The position numbers and the translations under genes were made by a program. The notes under the pieces were generated by a model. The model saw nothing but the letters and a program-made list of their open reading frames with translations, was not told where the DNA came from and did not search any database. This document shows, one piece after another, positions 9,885 through 18,497 of a stretch of 64,000 nt of DNA (positions within the stretch are counted from its first letter, which is position 1; each line of letters begins with the position of its first letter). Location: NCBI GenBank assembly GCA_965214095.1, contig OZ243938.1, positions 1,248,001-1,312,000 of the forward strand, read 5' to 3'. Origin of the DNA: Candidatus Poribacteria bacterium. GTDB taxonomy: Bacteria; Poribacteria; WGA-4E; WGA-3G.

Positions 9885-10520
9885 GTGAGTAATATGTTGT
9901 TTAAATCTGGAGAAAAGGTCTTATTCATTGGTGATAGCATCACGGATTGTGGCAGACGTGGAGACCATGCACCTTATGGGCATGGGTATGTGCGAAAGAT
10001 TACTGAATTGATTACTGCAAAATACCCTGAGCGCGACATAACTTATGTAAATAAAGGTATCGGTGGGGATATTGTTGAAGGTTTGGAAAATCGATGGGAT
10101 ACAGATGTGATTGATGAAAAACCTGATTGGGTCTCTGTGAAAATCGGTATCAACAATGCAAGTCGTCAACTCGGACAAGGTGTCTCAAACGAAGAATATC
10201 TACCAGAGTGGGAAGCATGCTACAACCGTATTCTCACCCGTGTAAAAAATGAATTAGATGCACCGCTTTTCCTGTTTGAAATCTTCTATATTGAAGAGGA
10301 TGTTGAAAATCCGCGTCCGTTAGCCGTAGATGCATACAATGCCTGTATCCATAGACTTGTAGGAGAATATGATGCACGTCTGATACAGACTAATAATGCA
10401 TTTGATCGTGCAGTTGCCGCACGACCAGGTGCATTATGGACTACACAAGATGGTGTTCATCCCAATGCAGAGGGACATACATTGATGGCGTTAGAATTCT
10501 TGAATCTCGCAGGTTGGTAA
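9885..10520 (+). CDS. SGNH/GDSL hydrolase
   Basis: FIGDSITD, NKGIGG, IGINN, DGVHP; GTG start chosen from RBS AAGGAG at 9872-9877. Confidence 0.9.
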   Translation: MSNMLFKSGEKVLFIGDSITDCGRRGDHAPYGHGYVRKITELITAKYPERDITYVNKGIGGDIVEGLENRWDTDVIDEKPDWVSVKIGINNASRQLGQGVSNEEYLPEWEACYNRILTRVKNELDAPLFLFEIFYIEEDVENPRPLAVDAYNACIHRLVGEYDARLIQTNNAFDRAVAARPGALWTTQDGVHPNAEGHTLMALEFLNLAGW

Positions 10521-10542
10521 TGCAGAATGTTAACTGTCTATT

Positions 10543-10645
10543 TATGGTGAAGAATATGAGCAATTATGCCTTTACCTAATACGGTAGGCGAGGTCTCACA
10601 GCCTCGCCTGTGCCAAATATAGATAAAACTTAAAATTTCCCAATA
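10543..10645. mobile_element. MITE-like element family C, copy 1 (diverged; one REP)
   Basis: Starts TATGGTGAA; internal GTAGGCGAGGTCTCACAGCCTCGCC; same layout and length as the reverse complement of 23222-23323. Confidence 0.55.
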
Positions 10646-10655
10646 ACTTGTAATA

Positions 10656-11150
10656 TTATTCAGATTCGAGATGTCTTTTTACATTCTCCTTACCAAATGC
10701 CCACACCTCTTCACCAAATTCCTCCAAATAAGAAGCAAAAAGCGAATTCTCAAATTCATTAGCAAAATTGTCACTGATTTGTGGATATAGGAAATGTAGA
10801 AGTAAGGCAACAATAATCACACTTGAAGCAATACCAAGACATAAACCGAGAAGACTATTCAACCATCCTAAAATACCTTCCTCAAATAATCGGTGAATCC
10901 GTCCAAATATCAGGTCAACTATTATAGAGACAATCAATATCAGTACCACAATACTGATCCATTTCGCAATATCCTCCTGTGGAATAACTTTCTCAATAAG
11001 ATAAGCAAGTTCCTGCCACGCTTGACTTGCAACGACCAAACCCGCACCTAAAGCAAAAACACCCCATATACTGCGGGTAAATCCTGCTTTGAAGCAACTA
11101 AATCCTGCTAATCCAACGAGAATGAGTACGATAATATCAAGTATTGACAT
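10656..11150 (-). CDS. CvpA (colicin V production) family membrane protein
   Basis: MSILDIIVLIL..GFTRS, four TM segments, LGWLNSLLGLCLG, S.FA.Y. Confidence 0.85.
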   Translation of the reverse strand: MSILDIIVLILVGLAGFSCFKAGFTRSIWGVFALGAGLVVASQAWQELAYLIEKVIPQEDIAKWISIVVLILIVSIIVDLIFGRIHRLFEEGILGWLNSLLGLCLGIASSVIIVALLLHFLYPQISDNFANEFENSLFASYLEEFGEEVWAFGKENVKRHLESE

Positions 11151-11261
11151 AGTAAGAAAGTATCTGACAAAGGGATCATTATTTTTGAAGTATTTGACGT
11201 GGGTGTTCTAAAATGGATGTAAAATGTATAGAAAAGTTAATCTTATGCTGAAGGAATCTTG

Positions 11262-12269
11262 TTAATTCGTAATAATAGATTTATCATAAATGAGTCGCAA
11301 TGCAATATCAATCGGCGTGTCATTACGTATAAGTTGTAGAAGATTTCTGATAGCATGGAATCCAGACCCATCAATCATGGAAGACACTATGGCAGCAGAT
11401 TGTAGATATGCAATTTTTCGATCTGAAGTTGACTTCTGAGCAAACGGTTGACTGAGTTCAGTCAACGTTGGTAATGTGCCGTTCTTATCCGCTTGTTCTA
11501 ATGCATGTTTTTCAAAGGATAAAAGTGGACGTGCACTGCACTGCGCAAGTCCTTCATTCAACCAAATTGGACAATTTCCATCTGATAACAAATCCACTAA
11601 CAGATGTGTCCATTCATGCCGAATCAATGTCCATAATACTCCCAGTTCCGGTTCACCCTCAGCACAATACTTTAGCATAATATGTCCATCATAACTGCCA
11701 CTTGCCCATGATGGTAAGTTACTCTGTGCTGTTGCATTGTCCGTGTTAATGATTGAAATAGATATCTGACCATCAGGAAAACAATCGAGTTTAGAGCCAA
11801 CTTCTTTGTATGTTTTTACGATGAGTTGGCAGATATACCAAAGAGTTTTTGGCATAAGTGCAGGTTCAACAGATAACTTCAAGAACTTATCTTCTACGAC
11901 GTTCTGTGGACTTTCTAAATTCTTGTCTTCAAGGATGTGGATAAACTCAGGTGGAGGGTCGTCTATTAACACTGCATCGGCAATTATCTGTTGATAGTAG
12001 GTTTTTTCTTCTCTGATACGCGCCAAACGTCTGTGTACCGTTGGTGAATCTGGAGACAACTGTAACGCAATGTCTAAGTATGACAACGCCTGATCCCAAT
12101 TACCTACCATTTCATAAGCTTTCGCAAGGTCAGCGTAGATATGGAAATGACTCTTATCAACTTTTAAACCTGATAAGTAATTGTGTATGGCTTCAACATA
12201 ACGGGCTTGCTGATAACAAACTGCCGCTTGTTGAAAATGGGACATAGCAAGTGCACTTGTATCAGACAT
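11262..12269 (-). CDS. TPR protein with peptidase MA-like (gluzincin) domain
   Basis: N-terminal TPRs; HEWTH and PIWLNEGLA; AYLQS. Confidence 0.82.
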   Translation of the reverse strand: MSDTSALAMSHFQQAAVCYQQARYVEAIHNYLSGLKVDKSHFHIYADLAKAYEMVGNWDQALSYLDIALQLSPDSPTVHRRLARIREEKTYYQQIIADAVLIDDPPPEFIHILEDKNLESPQNVVEDKFLKLSVEPALMPKTLWYICQLIVKTYKEVGSKLDCFPDGQISISIINTDNATAQSNLPSWASGSYDGHIMLKYCAEGEPELGVLWTLIRHEWTHLLVDLLSDGNCPIWLNEGLAQCSARPLLSFEKHALEQADKNGTLPTLTELSQPFAQKSTSDRKIAYLQSAAIVSSMIDGSGFHAIRNLLQLIRNDTPIDIALRLIYDKSIITN

Positions 12270-12406
12270 GTGATTAATTTAGATTATTGCAAATTCAGAT
12301 AAATTAAGATGTAAAGAACTATACAAATAGTCTGTTTGGAAAGGTTTTTACCCTCCAAACTTGTCGGCGAGTTTCCAGCCTCCAGTTTGGTTTGGTAGGA
12401 TTTATT

Positions 12407-12480
12407 GTCAAGAAAAACATAGGAGCGGGCATTCCTCCCAAACCTAAAGGATTGGGTCTCCTGCCCGAAGATTAGATGAA
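12407..12480 (+). mobile_element. Possible IS200/IS605-type end hairpin (non-autonomous remnant)
   Basis: CGGGCA-TTCCT-CCCAAACC-TAAA-GGATTGGG-TCTCC-TGCCCG nested hairpin followed by AAGATTAG-ATGAA. Confidence 0.45.
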
Positions 12481-12549
12481 CAAACAAGTCTCTATGAAAT
12501 AATTATGAAACCAATTTTGACTATCTGTTGTCTCTCCCCTATTCTTTCT

Positions 12550-13191
12550 CTACTCTGTATCAATATCAACGATCTGGAAAGTAATCTGTCCACACTTGAA
12601 CTCGCTTCCTTCTTGAATAGGAGATGAGTCTTTGACACGGACTCCATCAACATAAGTTGGGGTAGAACTTCCTAAATCTGTGATTGATACCTCATCTTCC
12701 TCTTTCTCAAAAGAAAGATTGACATGAGCCAATGGTCGCGATGAAGCATCTTCTGAGTCTTCAGGATTTTGCCACTGCTTCAATTCTCCTTCTGACGGTG
12801 GTTTCAGAGAATTCGGCATAACATCCGTATCTACATTCCCCATGACCTCTGGACTATAGGCAGGCTGAGGATTGAGTGCATAACCCTCTTCACCAGTTTT
12901 TCGTTGTCCTTTACCCTTAATCGCCACCATAAGTTTCTCAGCAACGCGTTCCTTAGAACCTTCTCGTGGGGTAATGCTCTCTGTTTCTTGAAAACGATAA
13001 TGGGCAAAATCAATCAGATCCTTTACTTTATGGAAGTGGCTGGATCCTTGTATATTCTTCAAAAGACTCTTCTGTTTACGACTGAGTTTCTCATTCTTCA
13101 GCCAACAAGTATATGCTTCCTGAATCTCTGCTTCATAGATATCGGTATCGCTATACCGAGCGGTCATTGGTGTCTTCCTGAAAAAACGCAT
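12550..13191 (-). CDS. Soluble protein with degenerate C-terminal FHA domain; candidate anti-sigma factor
   Basis: SR..AH..ITDLGSSTPTYVDGVRV..IQEGSEFKCGQ; directly downstream of the ECF sigma gene. Confidence 0.65.
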   Translation of the reverse strand: MRFFRKTPMTARYSDTDIYEAEIQEAYTCWLKNEKLSRKQKSLLKNIQGSSHFHKVKDLIDFAHYRFQETESITPREGSKERVAEKLMVAIKGKGQRKTGEEGYALNPQPAYSPEVMGNVDTDVMPNSLKPPSEGELKQWQNPEDSEDASSRPLAHVNLSFEKEEDEVSITDLGSSTPTYVDGVRVKDSSPIQEGSEFKCGQITFQIVDIDTE

Positions 13192-13228
13192 TAGTTATCC
13201 TCCAAGTATGTAAATCTATTTAGTAAAA

Positions 13229-13846
13229 CTAATGTATCCATTGAATTCCTTTATTGATTAATATTTGTCTTAACTCTTGTGTGCAACGGAATATCCAGAT
13301 TTTGACAGTACCATCTTTACGGTTGAGTATTCGTGATATATCCGCTACACTACATCCTTCTAAATGTCGGAGAATCCATGCAATACGGTGGTTCGGTTTT
13401 GTAACCTGTTCAAGGGCTTTCTCTAAAATCTCTTGTGCCTCCTGAGCAATTATATGCTTATCTGGTCCAGGTCTACCATCTTCGTACTCATTTAGCGGCA
13501 AATCATCCTGTTCTTCAAGTGTTAGGAGTGATTCCCGAATCCGATCTCTTTTGCGTATCGCATCAATAATTGTATTACGGGCAACTATATTTAACCACGC
13601 CTGAAAACTACCTTTATTGGGATCCCATTTATCACTATGCAATTTTTGCCAGACTTTAGTAAAAACATCTAAACTAACTTCTTCTGTATCATGATGGTCT
13701 TTTAATATCCTATATGCTTTACTATATACCCAGTTGTAGTGTTTATCAAACAACTGACTAAATGCTGCTTCATCCCCCTGCTTTGCTTGTGTGGCTAAGT
13801 AAGTATCTTCGGTTGCATTAAGGTCATTCTTCGCTTGGCGCGCCAT
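13229..13846 (-). CDS. ECF RNA polymerase sigma-70 factor
   Basis: GDEAAFSQLF, EEVSLDVFTKVW, SFQAWLNIVARNTIID, EGCSVADISRIL..GTVK. Confidence 0.93.
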   Translation of the reverse strand: MARQAKNDLNATEDTYLATQAKQGDEAAFSQLFDKHYNWVYSKAYRILKDHHDTEEVSLDVFTKVWQKLHSDKWDPNKGSFQAWLNIVARNTIIDAIRKRDRIRESLLTLEEQDDLPLNEYEDGRPGPDKHIIAQEAQEILEKALEQVTKPNHRIAWILRHLEGCSVADISRILNRKDGTVKIWIFRCTQELRQILINKGIQWIH

Positions 13847-13918
13847 AGACTAAAACCTCCTTCGTCCCCCCTTTAGCCAAAGGTAATATGAAACCGGTTC
13901 ACAGTTTCGCTTAGATTA

Positions 13919-13947
13919 TTAACGCAACTTATGTACATTACGTTACA
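13919..13947 (-). promoter_or_regulatory. Candidate ECF autoregulatory promoter
   Basis: Minus strand TGTAAC-N17-CGTTAA about 70 bp upstream of the sigma start; matches the generic ECF AAC/CGT pattern. Confidence 0.55.
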
Positions 13948-14197
13948 GAAAAAGACGAAAACTTCTGTTACGCATGAATACTTTTGGCAAATTAGAGGAG
14001 CGTTTGTAAATAAATATGTATAAAAATATAGTATGAATAAGAGTATAACGTCTGATTATATTAGCACACAACGGAACATTGCATCAATAAATTCTATAAT
14101 AACAACAAAGTCCTTCCATTCTAAATGGAAATTCATTCATTGAATTGTTATAATATCTACAAAAAGAAATGCACTTAAGCACAAAACATAAATTCTC

Positions 14198-15805
14198 ATG
14201 ACAATAACCTTCCATTCTCATCATTTAGCCTATAAGTTTCTATTGTGTATCTATTTGATATACATTCTTACGCCTATCTATACAATATCAGCAGACAAAA
14301 GCGGTGAACTCATATCAAAAGTCAAGATTGAAACACTGGAAAAACATGTCATCGCACTACAAGACAATATCACACAATTTCCCACCAAACGGATTTTCAG
14401 AACAAGGAACGCCCATCACCAAGAAGCAACTGAAAACGTAGTTAATTACATCAAGTCGGTTTTTCGCAGTTACGGGAGGTTACAAGTAACAGAGCAAAAT
14501 ATCGGTGGTATCCGTAACATCATTGCAGAACTTCCACCAAAGAAAAATACTTCAAGTAAACACGTTTTCATTATCTGTGCCTATTACGACACCACAGCAG
14601 ACCGGGAACCCAATTGGAACCCATTAGCATCAAGTGCCCCAGGAGCAAACAGAAATGGAACGGGTATGGCAGCCATGTTGGCAATAGCACAAATCCTAAG
14701 CCAAAATGAATATGACCACACAATCAAATTTATCGCATTCGGTGGCGAGGAACTTGGGTTTTTAGGTAGTAAAAATTATATTCATCAGGCAATTGGGAGT
14801 GAGAAAACACATAGCGAATCTTTGGAAAAATCACGTTCACCTGAATCTGAAAAAATAACTGCTGTTTTCAATTTAGATATGATCGGATATAACTGGAAAA
14901 GCGATCTGGTAGAAGTAATCGCGAACAGAGAGTCTATATGGATCAGTCGAGCTCTTGCGATTGCAAATACATGGCACGACATCGGATTGACTATTCGGCA
15001 AACACAGGATGAATTTGTTGACATCTCTTCACACAAGACTTTTTGGGATGCAGGCTATCCTGCTGTTACATTGATTGAAAGTTCTACACCGTGGCGTGAT
15101 TCACAAAACTATACCGCAAACCCGTTTTATCATACTTATTATGATACTGTAGATAAAATCAACTTTCCTCTGGTGACAAAGGTTACACAACTCATTCTTA
15201 TCACAATACACAGTCTACTAACTGATATGTTCCAACCGGATAGAGAATTACCACAAATATCATTGGAATTACCAGACACGGTCAATCAAAATCCATTACA
15301 AATTATAGGTACCTACAAAACAGATTATCCAATAGACATTGTTATTCATCCGAGTAAAGTGAAGGCAGATTTGGACAAAGAAACACATACATATCGTGCA
15401 ACGATTCCGTTGACACCGGGAAAAAACACACTCACTGTTGTTGCCCAGTATCCACTCGGTGCATCTTCTGTGAAACAATCTGTCATTTTAGACGAAGCAT
15501 TTGTCTGGAAGCAAGTTAGCGTCTCACCAAATCCTGTTCGGTTCAATGAGCGAACTGAATTTCGTATTGAAGGAAATCTGGAAATTGCTAACATGAAGAT
15601 AGTCGTCTATGATGTTCGCGGAAACATAATTCAGAGAATTGAAGGTATAGATGATAGACTTGACAAACGGATATGGCGAACATGGTGGAATCAGCAAACT
15701 GTATATGGTTTAGTAGTATCGCCAGGCGTTTATATCTGTCATATTTCCGTAGAATCAAAGGGAGAAACCTTTTCCATCGTAAGAAAATTAGCAATTATAC
15801 GATGA
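14198..15805 (+). CDS. M28-family peptidase homolog (metal ligands altered) with Ig-like and FlgD/CTD-like C-terminal domains
   Basis: Signal peptide; NIIAEL, FIAFGGEELGFLGS, FNLDMIG, YHT..DT; C-terminal SPNP..VYDVRG..W..SPGVYIC. Confidence 0.8.
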   Translation: MTITFHSHHLAYKFLLCIYLIYILTPIYTISADKSGELISKVKIETLEKHVIALQDNITQFPTKRIFRTRNAHHQEATENVVNYIKSVFRSYGRLQVTEQNIGGIRNIIAELPPKKNTSSKHVFIICAYYDTTADREPNWNPLASSAPGANRNGTGMAAMLAIAQILSQNEYDHTIKFIAFGGEELGFLGSKNYIHQAIGSEKTHSESLEKSRSPESEKITAVFNLDMIGYNWKSDLVEVIANRESIWISRALAIANTWHDIGLTIRQTQDEFVDISSHKTFWDAGYPAVTLIESSTPWRDSQNYTANPFYHTYYDTVDKINFPLVTKVTQLILITIHSLLTDMFQPDRELPQISLELPDTVNQNPLQIIGTYKTDYPIDIVIHPSKVKADLDKETHTYRATIPLTPGKNTLTVVAQYPLGASSVKQSVILDEAFVWKQVSVSPNPVRFNERTEFRIEGNLEIANMKIVVYDVRGNIIQRIEGIDDRLDKRIWRTWWNQQTVYGLVVSPGVYICHISVESKGETFSIVRKLAIIR

Positions 15806-15856
15806 ACTCTAAATGAACGTCAAACTGGGAATAGGAACTTTGCAGAGCCAAATGCA

Positions 15857-15917
15857 TAATCCTGAAAATCTAATAATCCTGAAAATCTAATAATCCTGAA
15901 AATCTTGGTTCAGACAA
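15857..15917. repeat. 17-bp tandem repeat (TAATCCTGAAAATCTAA, about 2.9 copies) capped by TGGTTCAGACAA
   Basis: Read directly from the sequence upstream of the rpsT promoter. Confidence 0.85.
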
Positions 15918-15935
15918 ATGGGAATACAAAAAAAG

Positions 15936-15964
15936 TGGACAAACACACAATTTTATGGTATCAT
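15936..15964 (+). promoter_or_regulatory. Sigma70-like promoter of rpsT
   Basis: TGGACA-N17-TATCAT with extended -10 TG. Confidence 0.55.
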
Positions 15965-16005
15965 TAACTCTGGATATTTACACTTATCAAAGGAGAAATT
16001 ACGTT

Positions 16006-16269
16006 TTGCATAGACGATCAGCTAAAAAACATGCCCGAGCGGATGCGAAAAAACGCGATAGGAACAGACACCGCAAAGCAACACTCAGAACATCGCTCAA
16101 GAATACAGAATTAGCATTGGAAGCAGGTGATTTAGAAACAGCACAACAATTGTGCAAAGTCACATCAAGTCTGCTTGACAGAGCAGCGGTGAAAGGTGTC
16201 ATCAAAAAAGGCACAGCTAACAGACAGAAATCTCGCTTGAATCGTAAATTAAACGATCTCACCGCCTAA
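16006..16269 (+). CDS. rpsT: 30S ribosomal protein S20 (TTG start)
   Basis: SAKKHAR..RNRHRKATLRTSLK..LDRAAVKGVIKKGTANRQKSRL; RBS AAGGAG upstream of the TTG. Confidence 0.93.
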   Translation: MHRRSAKKHARADAKKRDRNRHRKATLRTSLKNTELALEAGDLETAQQLCKVTSSLLDRAAVKGVIKKGTANRQKSRLNRKLNDLTA

Positions 16270-16271
16270 TT

Positions 16272-16390
16272 TATAGTAAAGTTTAGAATTAAGAAGATAT
16301 TTCAATGCCCTTGCAAGTACCACAAGTCCCGTAGGGGCGAGGTTTACTTGCCCTCTGAGGCGTGTCCTATTAATTGTAAATTCCACTATA
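16272..16390. mobile_element. MITE-like element family B, copy 2
   Basis: 119 bp, TATAGT...ACTATA, about 92% identical to 6670-6788; begins 2 bp after the rpsT stop. Confidence 0.85.
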
Positions 16391-16492
16391 AACATTCAAC
16401 AATTTTTGAGTGCACTCTATTGTTGGCATGGTTTCTAACCCAAATATTCTGTTGGAGTAGTTTCCAACCACGGTTTCTTCAGTCCGAGAGGG

Positions 16493-17875
16493 GTGACACT
16501 TAAAATGAACGCCCGCGAAGTCGCATTAGCCTGCCTGATAGACCTTTCTCAAGCCAATACATCCATTTCATCTATCGTTGACAAGGCATTTGACCGATCC
16601 AACTTAGAAGACCGGGAACGCCGCTTAGCAAATGCCCTTATCTATGGGGTTATTCGTTGGAAAAAACAGTTGGATTGGGTTCTCAAGCAATTTGTCAATC
16701 CGCGTTTCCAACTTGATATTAGACACCGTTCTATCCTGAGACTTGGGACATTCCAATTATTACACCTTGATGGTATCCCTCCGCACGCAGCCATTTTTGA
16801 AACAGTCCAACTCGGAAAAAAGAATAAGAAAACTGCAGGATTTATAAACGCTGTATTGCGGGAAATTCAACGAAAGAAAACAGAATTAGACTATCCTTCA
16901 CTTGATACACACCCGATAGATCATATTTCAACCCGCTTATCATATCCTAATTCGTTAGTGAAAAATTGGATTCAGACACGTGGTCTGACATGGACACTTG
17001 CATTTTGTGAAGCAAGCAACCAGATAGCACCATTGGCAATCCGTGCAAATTCACTTGTTACAGATCGTGACACGTTACACAAATCCTTAAAGGCAGAAGG
17101 TTTAAACACAAGAATCTCAGACATTTCTCCTGATGGAATTGTGATAGAAAATAGATCAGCAACAACAGACGAACCGCAATCAAATCCTAAACGAGAGATA
17201 AGTTTGAAAGATCTGTTAAACCGGGGTGATGTCTATGCGCAAGATGAAAGTGCAATGTTAGTGCCTTATCTTCTCATATCAGACAAACCAAAATTGATAG
17301 TAGATCTATGTGCAGCACCCGGTGGAAAAACAAGTCACCTCGGATGTCTGATGCAAAATACGGGTAAGGTAATTGCTGTGGACATAAATAACATAAAACT
17401 TGATGTGTTACGTGAAAACTGCAAACGATTAAGTGTACAAAACGTAGAAACAAAGGTTATGGATTCAACGAAGGATGATCTCAGTTTCATTAAGGCTGCG
17501 GATGCTGTTCTTTTAGATGTTCCGTGTTCAGGATTTGGCACACTACGCCGCCATCCAGATATCCGTTGGAACAAAGCTGAGGAGCAACTACATGCACTCA
17601 GCAAACTACAGTACCGACTTCTGGTAAAGGCTGCACAACACATCAAAAAAGGTGGTATATTGGTATACAGCACCTGCACAATAGAACCGACAGAAAACGA
17701 GAAAATTGTAAATCGGTTCATGAAAAGTTACCCAATGTTCTCTATAGAACATGCAGGTGAGTTCTTACCAAATATACCGGAAACTGCAATCACCCAAGAC
17801 GGCTTTTTACAGACTTTCCCCCAAGAACATGGTGTTGATGGCACTTTCGCAGCAAGACTCCGCCGTGTAGTTTAG
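16493..17875 (+). CDS. rsmB: 16S rRNA m5C967 methyltransferase RsmB/Sun
   Basis: NusB-like N-terminal domain; QDES, DLCAAPGGK, DVPCSGFG..RRHPD, YSTCT. Confidence 0.92.
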   Translation: MTLKMNAREVALACLIDLSQANTSISSIVDKAFDRSNLEDRERRLANALIYGVIRWKKQLDWVLKQFVNPRFQLDIRHRSILRLGTFQLLHLDGIPPHAAIFETVQLGKKNKKTAGFINAVLREIQRKKTELDYPSLDTHPIDHISTRLSYPNSLVKNWIQTRGLTWTLAFCEASNQIAPLAIRANSLVTDRDTLHKSLKAEGLNTRISDISPDGIVIENRSATTDEPQSNPKREISLKDLLNRGDVYAQDESAMLVPYLLISDKPKLIVDLCAAPGGKTSHLGCLMQNTGKVIAVDINNIKLDVLRENCKRLSVQNVETKVMDSTKDDLSFIKAADAVLLDVPCSGFGTLRRHPDIRWNKAEEQLHALSKLQYRLLVKAAQHIKKGGILVYSTCTIEPTENEKIVNRFMKSYPMFSIEHAGEFLPNIPETAITQDGFLQTFPQEHGVDGTFAARLRRVV

Positions 17876-17881
17876 CAATAT

Positions 17882-18496
17882 ATGATTGATTTTCAACTAT
17901 ATGTCATAACTGATAGAAAAAGGTGTGCTCCTAAATCTTTGCTGACAGTTGTCTCAGAAATATTGGATGCAGGTGTCAAAGCAATCCAATTACGCGAAAA
18001 GGATTTGGAGGATATATCTCTCTTTCAATTAGCACAACCCATTTCAGAGCAGTGTAAGACCTATGGAGCATGTCTGTTTATCAATACTAACGTACAAGTA
18101 GCGATTGATGTCGGTGCTGCTGGTGTTCATCTCCCTGATAATCACATACCTATAAATCAAGTAAAAGAACAAGCAAACAGTGATATACTGATTGGATGTT
18201 CTATCCACAATATTGAAACTGCAAAAAAACGGGAACGAGAAGGCGCAGATTTCATAACATATAGTCCAATTTATCCAACATATAACAGTCCTGGAGTTGG
18301 TATAGAAGGTCTCCACAAGTTAGTAGAACAAGTAGATATACCACTGTTTGCGCTGGGTGGCATCACACCTGGTCGAGTAAATAAATGTTTAGCAGCCGGT
18401 GCATCTGGCATCGCGGTGATGTCTGGAATCATGGGACCGACAGGTGCTGCTGATAAATCGAAAGCGTACCTATCAGAATTGAAAATTTTAGGATAA
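17882..18496 (+). CDS. Thiamine phosphate synthase/TenI family paralog
   Basis: LYVITDR, IQLREKDL, GVHLP, GCSIH, GADFITYSPIYPT, FALGGI. Confidence 0.85.
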   Translation: MIDFQLYVITDRKRCAPKSLLTVVSEILDAGVKAIQLREKDLEDISLFQLAQPISEQCKTYGACLFINTNVQVAIDVGAAGVHLPDNHIPINQVKEQANSDILIGCSIHNIETAKKREREGADFITYSPIYPTYNSPGVGIEGLHKLVEQVDIPLFALGGITPGRVNKCLAAGASGIAVMSGIMGPTGAADKSKAYLSELKILG

Positions 18497-18497
18497 T

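Noticed and set aside
12284-12487. 67-aa minus-strand ORF
   Set aside because: It runs through hairpin and repeat remnants and has no protein features.
15857-15905. Tandem repeat as a CRISPR array
   Set aside because: 17-bp units without spacers.
15955-16005. ATG start for rpsT at 15955
   Set aside because: It overlaps the predicted -10 box; the RBS and S20 homology favour TTG at 16006.
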